From the NCBI GenBank assembly GCA_951406725.2, contig OX597823.1:34100001-34164000 (forward strand): a stretch of 64,000 bases of DNA, given 5' to 3'. The translations under genes and the position numbers were made by a program. Shown in pieces: positions 13,400-24,837 of the stretch. Position 1 is the stretch's first letter. Each line of letters starts with the position of its first letter. The notes beneath the pieces are model-generated. The model worked only from the letters and a program-made list of their open reading frames with translations, made no database searches and was not told where the DNA came from. The stretch comes from Octopus vulgaris. Lineage: Eukaryota.

Positions 13400-13967
13400 C
13401 AAAGGTGAGTCAAAAAGTAATACCATTTTGTTTAGGACAGGTATAATTACCAACACAGGAACACGTATCATACATCAAAATGAAGCTGGTTCTCTGTGGA
13501 TCACATCACTACTTCTCAACATAGTCACTATTTCTCTCAATAGCAATGTTCCACCTTCCAATGAGAGCATGTATCCCTGCCCTGTAAAATTCTGTTGACT
13601 GCTCTTTGAGCCACTTCTTCTCTACAGCTTTCACTTCCTCATCACTGGAATAATTTAGCACCTTCAGACTATTATCTCTTCAGCCCCTTGAAAGAGGGTT
13701 TGAGAGGCAAACATTATTCCAGTGACGAGGAAGAGAAAATTGTAATGAAGAAGTGGCTCAAAGAACAGTCAACAGAATTTTACAGGGCAGGGATACATGC
13801 TCTCATTGGAAGGTGGAACATTGATATTGAGAGAAACGGTGACTATGTTGAGAAGTAGGGATGTGATCCACAGAGGACCAGCTTCATTTTGATGTATGAT
13901 ACAAGTTCCTGTGTTGGTAATTATACCTGTCCTAATCAAAATGACATTACTTTTTGACTCACTCTCG
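13400..13967. mobile_element. Mariner-derived foldback MITE built from two 3' ends
   Basis: ~255-bp inverted arms, TA TSD; plus strand 13658-13858 encodes the transposase C-terminus APSDYYLFSPLKEGLRGKHYSSDEE..IHALIGRWNIDIERNGDYVEK*. Confidence 0.9.
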
Positions 13968-14312
13968 TATATGTGAACAACCAAGCACCAATGAGTTCAC
14001 AGAAAACTGAACATAACAGAAATCACATGTAGTGTGCAAGAAGGAAGACTGCATTGTTATGAGTGTATGATAGACATGGGAGAAGGTAAATGTATAGATT
14101 GGCATGCATTCTTAGGAGATGGAACCTATAGAAGAGGGAAATGAAGGAAGGTTTGGCATGAAATGGTGAAGACATCTGAAGCTGTTGATCTATTCCATAG
14201 AGGAGTTGGCAAAGGACTATATTGATTGGTAGATAACTCTTCAGGAAAAGACCAGTTCACTTGTTCAAGCATGACAAAACAGATATTAAATTGTGTGTGT
14301 GTTTGTGTGTAC

Positions 14313-14353
<41 letters not shown>

Positions 14354-14354
14354 C

Positions 14355-14422
<68 letters not shown>

Positions 14423-14503
14423 ATATAATATAATATAATATAATATAATATATATACACATATATATATATATAATATATACATTTATATATATAATATA
14501 TAC

Positions 14504-14540
<37 letters not shown>

Positions 14541-15649
14541 TCATTAGGCATATGTATAGATTGGGGCCTGTTTCCAACAAATTCCCTAGAATCTAGGAGG
14601 GTTTCTGTTTTTTTCTTTTTGTGAGGGAGGGGGCATTATTTTGTTTAATAGTGGTAGTGTCCTGAGAGTTCTGGAAAAGTGAGAAATTCTACTCTTATAA
14701 TATCGTCCATGTACTTGTAGTTTCATCTATCTCCAGGTTATGGGACCACATTACTGACATTCAGTTAACAAGCAAATGTAACTAGCTCCTATGTCTAATG
14801 TCAACATACTGTTTATAGATTTACATCTTAAACCAGACATTCTCAGACCAAACAACCAGATATACTATGTCTAGTAATGAGGCGTTTAAGAGTTCATTTG
14901 CCTAACTATTTTCAATATGTCTGATGAAATGAAATTAAAAATAATTAACCCTAATTTTAAATTAATCAATCAAGACGTTAATTAAAGCAGTTAAACAGAA
15001 GTAATCACTGTAGCAATTATCCAGCAATTGAATAGACACCATCTACTCATATATTATCTCTTAATCCATAAATGTTCCTATTCATTACTTCATACATCTA
15101 TCTTCCCCAGAAAACCATGCAGATTTTGTGTGTAGCAGAAATTCAGAGAGGACAAATCATCACTACAGTTATTCTCCACTTACATAATATATTATCTAGA
15201 AAAATCTGTCTTCTCTGTCAGCTATCATTTAATTATCTGATGAAACAGCTAATATGTCATTCTAAACAAACATAAATCAATCTTCACTAAGTGCTGCAAG
15301 GGTTAAATGCAGACAAAATTTTGCACATTATTCTGTTAAAGTATTTCATACGGTTTGGTTTATATTGGAGACTTTCTTTTTGCAGCAATTATAATCCCCA
15401 ACACACTGCAGCCAAATGTATTGGTTTTTTTCCCTTTGGGTTATTTTCTTTCAAGATCTTTGTTTAGCTCTGCTTCATAATGTGATTTAATGGTTAAGGT
15501 GAAGTTGTAGATAATGAGGGCTGATATCTGAAAAGAGATCAATGTGACAACAACTGCCAATATATGACATAAATGGATCGTTGATAATTTCATTGAACTG
15601 TGAGCGATGTCACAGTGAACTGTTGCAGCAGTGAGTACCATATGCCCCC

Positions 15650-15935
15650 CCACACACTACATGCCAACACCACAAGTCTATATTATATACCTATACTATA
15701 TGACAAAATCACATGTCTACACTGAATATGTGCACAACATGTATACACAATATACCTATGCTACATGTATGCTATATATATATATATGTCTATACTACAT
15801 GCCAATGCTACATGACCATACCACATGTCCACACTAGACGTTTTCATGATATCACTACATTACATATCCATGCTACATGTTTCCCCTACATGCTCACACT
15901 TCTTGTCTACACTACATGTCTTCACTGCATTTCCA
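15650..15935 (+). repeat. Degenerate ~13-bp minisatellite (CACTACATGTCTA-like)
   Basis: recurrent cactacatg/ccacatgtc units. Confidence 0.6.
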
Positions 15936-16234
15936 CTTAATATAGGCGCTTTTTCTCTTCATGTTTTATTAGTTTTCATTTATTTTATATTCTTTTAATG
16001 TTTATTTAATCAAATTATTTTCTCTCACCATGGAGTCTTTCAATTGCTCCGTTTTGACTTCCTGTCAGGATTTTGCTTCAGACAAAACATGGTATGATTC
16101 TTGATTTTATGAAAAAGTTTTAATGAAGATACAATTTAATTCTAACATACACTCATGTGACAATCTTAATTTCCAGTCATGCAATAATCTTAATTTTCAG
16201 TCATGTGACAACCCTAATTTTCTCCCTCTTTTAG

Positions 16235-16411
16235 AGTGACCAAAGCAGTATGGACAGTATGAGCGACATTGTGGCTCACCTCTCAACAGACGAGAGCCGA
16301 ATTCTGATTAAAAGAATGCTTATGAAGTGTGCAGATATCTCAAACCCATGCCGACCTCTCGATCTTTGCATCATTTGGGCAAAACGAATTGCTGAAGAAT
16401 ATTTTGATCAG
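16235..16411 (+). CDS. PDE8: PDE8-family phosphodiesterase, internal coding exon with metal-binding Asp
   Basis: polypyrimidine tract+ttag acceptor, gtttga donor; 177 nt, phase 0-0; [59 protein letters not shown] ([12 protein letters not shown]). Confidence 0.95.
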
Positions 16412-16566
16412 GTTTGATTTTGTTACCTAATTAATATTTCTCATTAATTTCTTTCTTGTTTGAGTTGGGTTTTCTTTGTTTCATGTTTTTTTGGGGTTTA
16501 TTTTTGCATATAGCAAACTTTCAGAATGTTTTCTGTGGGGATGTTTGTGTGTGAATAAGAATATCA

Positions 16567-16629
<63 letters not shown>

Positions 16630-16783
16630 GTTTCAAATTTTGCCACAAGGGCAGCCATTTTGGGGGAGCATACTAGTTGATTCCATCGACCCCAGTGTTC
16701 AACTGGTATTTTTTTTATCAACACCAAAAGGATGAAAGGCAAAGTAAACCTCAGCAGAATTAGAACAATAATTATAATAATAG

Positions 16784-17212
16784 TATGAGCACAAACTGCA
16801 AAGAGACCACATTTTGTGGTAGTGGTGGACAAGGTGCACCACATGTGCTGTATAGTTGATGTTGCAAACCCATGAATAGTCAAGAAGAAAGATGAAAAAA
16901 TAAATAAATAAATACAAGACTCTTAAGTATGAAATAGCCCAGCTATGGAAAATGAAGAAGGTGAAGATAGTGCCAATTATTGTTGGATCCTTGGGGACAG
17001 TATCAGAAGGCATCAAGGGGAATCTAAAAGAAATTGGAATAGAGTGCCCAGTAGAATTATTACAAAAGGTTTGCCTCCTCGGCATGACTAGAATAATCAG
17101 GAAAGTATTAGATAGTTGTAAAGAACGAATGGCATGGTACCGTAAGCTGAAGGTAGTAAGCCCACTATGCATGCAAGACTCCAGGAGTTCCAGCAAAACT
17201 CGTGATAAAAAG
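16784..17212 (+). mobile_element. R4/Dong-like LINE 3' fragment
   Basis: RLE C-terminus KYKTLKYEIAQLWKMKKVKIVPIIVGSLGTV..LLQKVCLLGMTRIIRKVL; bounded by (TAA)n. Confidence 0.8.
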
Positions 17213-17236
17213 AACTACTACTACTACTACTACTAC

Positions 17237-17277
<41 letters not shown>

Positions 17278-17297
17278 GTAATAATAATAATAATAAT

Positions 17298-17655
17298 CTT
17301 AATTGAGAAAGAAAGCAAACTATGCTGGATCATAGATTATAGCATGCCCAGCTGACAACAAGGTATGTGATAAGGAAGAAAGAAAAGTCGATAGATATGA
17401 CAGGTTAGCTTGGGAGGTTAAGCAGTTGTGGTTGATTGTCAGAGCCCTGAGAACAGTGAGCAAAAATCTCAAGAAGTACGTGGAACAAATAGGGGCTGCA
17501 ATAAGGGTGGAGCGCTTGCAGAAAACAGCACTGCTTGGAACCACTCGAATACTCCAGAAGGTGCTCGAAAAATAAGAGGTGTTACATTAGTTCACTGGTG
17601 GTGAACAGCTGACACCGCAGTACATCTCCAGCATTAGAAACTGTGCAAAGGCAAT
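17298..17655 (+). mobile_element. R4/Dong-like LINE 3' fragment (different subfamily)
   Basis: CWIID/IACPADNKVCDKEERKVDRYDRLAWEVKQLW..LQKTALLGTTRILQKVL; between (TAA)n arrays. Confidence 0.8.
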
Positions 17656-17692
17656 GATAATGATGATAATAATAGTAATAGTAATAATAATG

Positions 17693-17753
<61 letters not shown>

Positions 17754-17755
<2 letters not shown>

Positions 17756-18975
17756 TCTTGGTATTTTACAATTAAGCCAGGTGATGAACACCAAGATGAA
17801 GGAGAAAATTTCTTCTAAATATATGAAGAGAGTTAAACAGCTTTGTAAATTTAAGATGAATTGAGGAAAACTTTGTTAAAGGCTTCAACATGTGGTTTGT
17901 AGGTGTGATACAATACTTAACAAGAGTTGTGGAATGGACAAAGGAAGAACTGGTAAATATGGATAGAAAAGTAAGGAAGGTAATGGCTATGAATGGGTTC
18001 CTTGATACTAGAAGTAATGTATCAAGGCTTAGAAAGGAAGGTGGGAGTGATTGGAATAGAGGATAGTGTTGTGAAGGAGGTCAAGCCCTTGCATGCCTAT
18101 CTGAGGAATAGTGATGAAAGAATGTGGTTAGCTGCATTGAGTGAGATGGGGGTCGATGACAATGGTGAATTAACCAGGAGTACAAAATGAGAACTAATGA
18201 AGAAATGATCATTGACTGGAAAGAGAAAGTTACACATGGAGAGTTTTTCCAACAAACATTGGTTGAAGCTGATGAAGAACCCTGGAGATGATTAAGACAT
18301 GTTTTTAAAGAAGGAGGCAAAAGGACTGATTCTTTCTGCTCAAGAACAAGCTTTATGAACCAACTCAATCAAGTGTAGCATTGATAAGACAGCAGTACCA
18401 CCTTGATGTAGACTATGGGAAAAATCATCTGAGACAGTTCAACAAATAATTAGAAGATGCTCAAAGCTGGCCTAAAAGGAGTACCAAAAACGCCATGACA
18501 GAGTGATATGAGCACCAACCTTTTCCAATTGCAGAGAATGGTCAGGTGAAGCTCACATGGAATGTGCCAATATACACAAGTAACAAGCTGCAACATAATT
18601 GACCAAATATAACTTTGGGAGGCGTCCAAAGAATGGACCTTCATTGATGTAGTTATACATGCAAACCAGAATATTGTGAATACAGAAAACAAGGAAGTCA
18701 GGAAGTACCAAAACCTAACTTTGGAAGTGAAACGAATCCATAGAGCCTCAAGAGTTAGAGTGGCACCTATTGTGATTGGTGCACTTGGGACCATCTCAGA
18801 GAGAGAGCAATATTTTGACATCAAAAGCTGCAAATACCAAACTTCATAGAAAGTATTCCGTTGTCAGAAATATTTGGAAGAGGTCATGTGTTGAGGGGAG
18901 TGTAGCATCTCTAAGCTGAGGGATGGAGCTGTGACATGGCAGAGATAAACCAGGAGATGTTAAGTAAGTAAATGA
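17754..18975 (+). mobile_element. R4/Dong-like LINE 3' fragment, degraded (thumb, zinc knuckle, RLE)
   Basis: YLGILQ..KMKEKISSKYMKRVKQL; CRLWEKSSETVQQIIRRCSKLA*KEYQKRHD; VAPIVIGALGTI. Confidence 0.75.
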
Positions 18976-18984
18976 TGAATAATA

Positions 18985-19620
18985 ACCCTTTCTACTGTAG
19001 CCAGATGGACCGAAAGTTTGTAGGAGGGAACCAGGGGATTACATCAACCCCAGTGTTCAGCTGGTATGTATTTTATTGACTTCTGAAAGGACAAAAGGCA
19101 AAATCAACCTTGGTAGAATTTGATCTCAGAATGTTGAAGCAGAAGAAATATTATGATTATTGTTTAGCATGTTAACGATTCTGTCACTTTGCCTCCTTGA
19201 TAATAATTATAATAATTATTTCTGCTACTGGCACACAGAAATTTTAAGGGAGAGGGCTAGTCAATTACGTTGACCCCTGTGTACAAGTGGTACTTAGTTT
19301 ATTGACCCCTAAGGATGAAAGGCAAAGTCAACCATGACAGAATTTGAACTCAGAACATAAAGACAAACGAAAAACTGCTCAGCATTTTGCCTGGCTTGCT
19401 AACGATTCTGCCATCTCACTGCCTTAGTAATGATAATTACAATAATAGCTATAATTCTGTCAAGTTTTAGGGGAGAGGGGAGAGGGGTTAACTGATTACA
19501 TCCACTCCTATACTTGATGGGTACTTATTTTATTTTATCAACACTGAAAGAAGAAAAGGCAAAGATGACCTTGGTAGGGATTGAACTCACGTTATAATAT
19601 CCAGAAGAAATGCTGCTAAA
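18985..19620 (-). mobile_element. Three tandem copies of SINE family B
   Basis: each has gattacat..acccc..ctggta..aaaggcaaagtcaacc..gaatttgaactcagaa. Confidence 0.8.
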
Positions 19621-19803
19621 TAATGTATGTATATATATATACTGTATTATATATCCATTATGGCCAATCTTAGCAATTGGTTTCATATTGGGTATTAATC
19701 TGATGTTAGATAATAGCAGAATGAAGTAATACCATGTACTTGTTTGAGCTGGCAGATGTAGAAAAGAACTCTCTCTTAATCTCTCTCTCTGTCTCTCTCT
19801 CCA

Positions 19804-19892
<89 letters not shown>

Positions 19893-20929
19893 GGGTCTAG
19901 TCTCATTGTCATTATTTTATTCTATGCTAAGGCTTCTTAGATCAATATTTAATTGATCTAGATGAAAATTTTTAATTGTTTATTAATAATAGCACATCAG
20001 GAAATTAGTTGCATTGGAATTATTAAGTTCAGTTTTAGCTCATTATTGTATTATAGAAGACTTGTGATATGTCTGTGTGTGTGTAATGACCTGCAGATAA
20101 TAACACGTTTTCTATGGGCTCTTTGACTAAATTCTTTTTCATAATGGAAGGCTTTCCTGAAACATGCTCGAAGCATTAAACAAGTTATGTATGGCAATAC
20201 AATAGCCTTGTCTTTGTCGTCATCACCATCACCTTATACATTTTACCTAACTTCTCACCTGCATAGCTTAAAAGTCTTTTTAAGAATATTCATGTTATGT
20301 ACACATTGTAATGCTTAAAGCAAATTACAATAGTCATACACACACACGCACACACAGAGTAAAATAAGGATTCAGATAGAATCAGGTACTTGAAAAGATA
20401 TGCACCAGGTAGGGTTGGAACCTGTGGTGGTAAGTATCAAATAGGATATTCCAGTTGTGTACACAGTGAAAACCAACCGTATGAGTGTTTATCCCCTAGG
20501 AGCTGGTCCAAATCATGTGTTACTTTGAATAGTACGTTGTTGGTATACTCTAGGGTGTCTGACAACTCGTAAATCCCCTTGGTGTATTATAATCAAATGA
20601 ATAATGATATACATATATACATATATACACATGCGAGCACACATACATAAGTAGTTTTTGTTTTCTTTTTTTTGACATGAGTAGACGTGTAAAAAGAAAA
20701 GAGAAAAGTTGAAAATGCACTTTGAGTCATTAAAATATTTTTTCACATATACTCAACTGGTTTAACAAGTCCATGATTTTTGAAAAATAGTGTGAATTGG
20801 AAGGACCTGGCGCCATGCTCTATTTGTCTGTTTTGTTCAGAACTTTTGTTCTGAAATAAAATCTCTTTATTTGAGCAAATAAAAAAAGGATGTCTATTGA
20901 TAAATACAAACCACAATGGAAACATATTG

Positions 20930-21135
20930 GTTTCAACTTCTGGCACAAGGCCAGCAATATTGGAGAAAGAGTTAAGTTGATTACATCGACCCCAGTACTC
21001 AACTGGTACTTATTTTATCAACCCTGAAAGGATAAAAGGCAAATTTGACCTCAGCGGAATTTGAACACAGAACACAAAGATAGATGAAATGTCACTAAGC
21101 ATTTTGTTAATGATTCTGCCAGCTCCCTGCCTTAA
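20930..21135 (-). mobile_element. SINE family B
   Basis: same motifs as 12370-12595. Confidence 0.85.
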
Positions 21136-21428
21136 GCTATGACAACATATTGAACAAACACATAAGAGAACTGTATTTCATCATCTTGCACACAAAAAAA
21201 AAAACCATGAATTCACAAACAATTAAGCTATTTCTCTGAGCTCTTTTGATGACCTGTTGTTCATACTTCCACATGGCACATTCCCCAGATTAACACAACC
21301 TTGGCTTTTAGCCTGCATCAACCAAACAAATTTTACCTCATCAGATGGTAATTTGAGTTATAATCTCTCCATAAAAAGGGGAAAATTTTCCACTCAGAAT
21401 CAAAAGAAATACAGCTTAGCCCCAGGTT

Positions 21429-21489
<61 letters not shown>

Positions 21490-22599
21490 AAGAGAGAAAC
21501 GGGAAAGAGAGGTAAAGAGAGAGAGAGATGGGAATGGGAGATAAAGAGAGAGAGAGAGGAGAGAGACGGAAATTGGAAAGAGAGGTAAGGAGAGAGAGAG
21601 AGAGAAAGAGGCAGAAAGCGTAAAAGAATGAACGAAAGCCAGGTAGAAATGGAGAACTGAGAAAGCAAAATCCAAGTGGAAAGCTTTCATTAGTTTCCTA
21701 GCATTGTATTTACAGCAAAAATCCAAACAAAACTATTTTTTTCATTATACATCTTTATTATTTTCTTTTCACAACTGTAAGAAAACATGAATCTAATATA
21801 TACATTTTTTGTGACTCAGTATTAGTTTTTGTTTGGGGGACAAAAAATCAATCAGTAATTTTTGACACAATAAAGTATTTGTATTCCATATTGTATTCTA
21901 ATCTTTGCTATACGAAAATCGATCAAAATGATTTCCGAGCAATTTCAAAGGAAGCAAAGCTCTCTCTATTCAATAGATTTTGCTCCTCATATTTTAATAA
22001 ACTGTAATTTTCTATTCCTATTCACATCATATTTTGAATGAGGTCTGAAATATTTCTGCTCACCTATTTCTCATATTTGGTCAAATATTCCATAAGACCT
22101 TGCTTGATAATTTCATGTTTTACTTAATGTTATTGCTCTTAGAGAAGCAACAAAAAGTTGTATTTATATGTTCATATATTTTCCTAACATTTCTTAACAG
22201 TAATGACAAAAATACAAAACCATATTTTTTTTTTTTTTACATCGCAGTAATTTACAAAGAAAAATTTCTTGAGGTGTATTTTCTTCACCATATTGCAAGA
22301 ATTTATAACTTCCCACGTGATTATAACTACTTCAGTTATATATTGAGATAATCTCAGATTCCTACTGAACTGTTTGTTACCAAGTTCTTTCCATCAACTT
22401 CTTGTCTTTTTTTTTTAATACTATGCATTGTATATCATACCAAAATCTTGCCATAATTTCTGTCTTTCTTTACTTGGTATGCCACTGCTTTCTGTCCCTT
22501 TAACTCTTTTCCAATGAATTGTAGTGCATCTCCCTGTACTGTATACAATAAGCTCATTATTGTTATTTGCAGACACACAAGCAGCTTTATGTTCCAAGT

Positions 22600-22950
22600 T
22601 CAAATGCTGCCGTAATTGACGTTGCTTTCATTCTCTCAGGGCCAATAAAATTAGTACCAGCTGGGTTCTGGGGTTGATGTACTCAACTCACTTTCTCCCA
22701 TTAAAATTGTTGGCCTAGTGTCAAAATTTGAAGCTGACAGAATTGTTAGCATGCCGGACAAAATGCTTAGCAACATTTCATCTGTCTTTACGTTCTGAGT
22801 TCAAATTCCACCAATGTCAGCTTTGTCTTTTATCCTCTCAGGGCCAATACAATAAGACAGCAGTCAAGAACTGGTGTCAATGTAATGGACTAATGCCCCC
22901 CCCCCTTCAAAAATTTTAGGCCTTGTGCTGCTAATAGCAGAAAGGATTAT
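22600..22950 (+). mobile_element. SINE family B, one partial and one near-full copy
   Basis: gctgacagaattgttagcatgccggacaaaatgcttagc..gagttcaaattc. Confidence 0.75.
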
Positions 22951-22954
22951 TATT

Positions 22955-23600
22955 GCACAGAACAATAAAACCGTTTCACACACACTTTCACAGTGTCTGA
23001 CAATTGTTGACTTGTGGAGTTCAGTTGAACAGCTGTTATTTTACATGTGGGATGAATCCAATGATGGGCCAAATCCATCATGTGGTTCACCCCACCACCC
23101 GCCTTTAACAAGGCAGGGCAGACAGTTCCTTTCTGTTCAGTGGTTGTGGTGAAAGAGATTATATGTTGGACGAGGTTGAAAGGATTGAGGACAGACATCT
23201 CCCTCTTTGGCCAAGCCCTCATCAACTTTTTAAAGTTCCGTTTGGGAATGGAAATGAGGATGGAAAGCAAAGTGCCACCTCTCAGTGAATTTGTGAGAAG
23301 ATGGGTGACTATGGTAAAAATGATTGCAGCAAATCCCTCTGCTCTAAGTGTGAGGTTGTAGTTTGGAGAGCAGGAGAGAGGGCTCATGCTTTTGGTGATC
23401 AGGATAATCCTGGATCTGTAGGGTTCCTTGATTGACCCTGGTTGGAGTTTCTCCTGCATCAGGAAGATTGCATCTTTCGTGTTGTCACATATTATGGATG
23501 CTTTTATTGCATTTCACTGTCTTTCTGTTTCTTTTTTTTTCATCCTTTATGTAAATCCACACACAAACTGTTGTCTGTCCACCTTATGTATGCCCTTGTG
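22955..23600 (+). mobile_element. L1/Tx1-like LINE 3' fragment
   Basis: KTVSHTLSQCLTIVDLWSSVEQLL (zinc-knuckle remnant), then WTRLKGLRTDISLFGQALINFLKFRL..EFVRRW and a T-rich 3' UTR. Confidence 0.6.
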
Positions 23601-23644
23601 GCTACTAAAAAGAATTATTATTATTATTATCATTGATTTGAATC

Positions 23645-23880
23645 AGATTCGGTCTTATTCCTGACAGAATTTATGCAGGTAGCAGGTTACTACCTGTAAC
23701 CTTAGGCATATCCACAAGCTTTCAATAGTCTTTCAAGTGCTTAAGACCTTCCTTGTAATCCCTGCTATCCCTAAGAGGCAAACTTTCTGTTGAAGCTCAC
23801 CAGAACATTCCATTCCAATCTCCTTCAACCATTTGTCTATATATTTGCTTACTGTTCCCAATGCACCAATTGTTACAACC
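23645..23880 (-). mobile_element. R4/Dong-like LINE 3' fragment
   Basis: VVTIGALGTVSKYIDKWLKEIGMECSGELQQKVCLLGIAGITRKVL; (ATT)n on both sides. Confidence 0.8.
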
Positions 23881-23924
23881 TTTATTATTATTGTTATCAT
23901 CATCATTGTCATCTTTGTCGTAAT

Positions 23925-24132
23925 ATGGTGGTGAGCTGGCAGAATTGTTAACACAACAGGCAAAATTTTTAGCATTACTTTGTCCATCTTTACGTTCTGA
24001 GTTCAAATTACACTGAAGTCAACTTTGCCTTTCATCCTTTCACAGTCGATACAATACCAGTCAAAAATTGGGACCAATGTAATTCACCTAACCTTCTCCT
24101 GAAACTGCTGGCCTTGTGCCAAAACTTAAAAC

Positions 24133-24135
<3 letters not shown>
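23925..24135 (+). mobile_element. SINE family B just upstream of a PDE8 exon
   Basis: ggtggtgagctggcagaattgttaac..gagttcaaatt..gtcaactttgcctttcatcc. Confidence 0.85.
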
Positions 24136-24189
<54 letters not shown>

Positions 24190-24284
24190 TTTCTCTATCT
24201 TTGTCTCCCCTTCTCTCTCATTTGCCTCTCCCTCCTCTTTCTCTTTCCCTCTCTCTCATCATATCTTCTATCTTTATTTTCCAG

Positions 24285-24414
24285 ACTGATGAAGAAATAA
24301 CAAAACACCTCCCCATTGTGATGCCAATCTTCTCTCGCAACACATGCAGCATTCCAAAATCTCAATGTAGCTTCATTGAGTATTTCGTTCAAGGGATGTT
24401 TGAATCGTGGTCAG
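24285..24414 (+). CDS. PDE8: PDE8-family phosphodiesterase, penultimate coding exon with invariant Gln
   Basis: ttttccag acceptor, gtaagt donor; [43 protein letters not shown], close to vertebrate PDE8 [26 protein letters not shown]; ends phase 1. Confidence 0.95.
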
Positions 24415-24837
24415 GTAAGTTAGCATTTACTTCTGTAACACTGGACTACCATGGAGCAGAAACATATCACATGTTAGTTGTACCATGTGCTACATGCTAC
24501 ATCAAAATAGTTGTGAAATAACTTGTCGTTATTGATCATCATCATCGTCATCATCATTGTCATTCCTTTCTATATTGCCCTCATCGTCTTCTCCCTTGTG
24601 CGTCTCATTCCCACATGGTAGCATGGGATGGATGAATATATTAATGTCATTTTTTAACAACCAGACACTTTTGCTGTTGCAAACCCTTAACTGTTTTTAC
24701 AACTAAAGGATCCCTTATTTGATTTGTCCTCAAAGATGTAAAACAAATGGGCAGACTGTTGATTGGATAAGTTTCAACTGCAACAACACTGCTTGCAGAA
24801 AGTCACGCTCATAGACTCCATATATAAATACAAATGC

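Larger units (their letters stand above)
12165..14270 (+). mobile_element. Old degraded RTE LINE, interrupted by a SINE and a mariner foldback
   Basis: VGVHQGSALS at ~12190, PHD remnant ~12910-13000, RVQTSWKEFKELLPL ~13190, CSVQEGRL after 13970. Confidence 0.7.

Noticed and set aside
15441-15653. TM6-like peptide HILAVVVTLISFQISALII on the minus strand
   Set aside because: Short and isolated, with no flanking receptor motifs; explainable by base composition
22950-23459. 169-aa minus-strand ORF
   Set aside because: Antisense to the L1/Tx1-like 3' fragment
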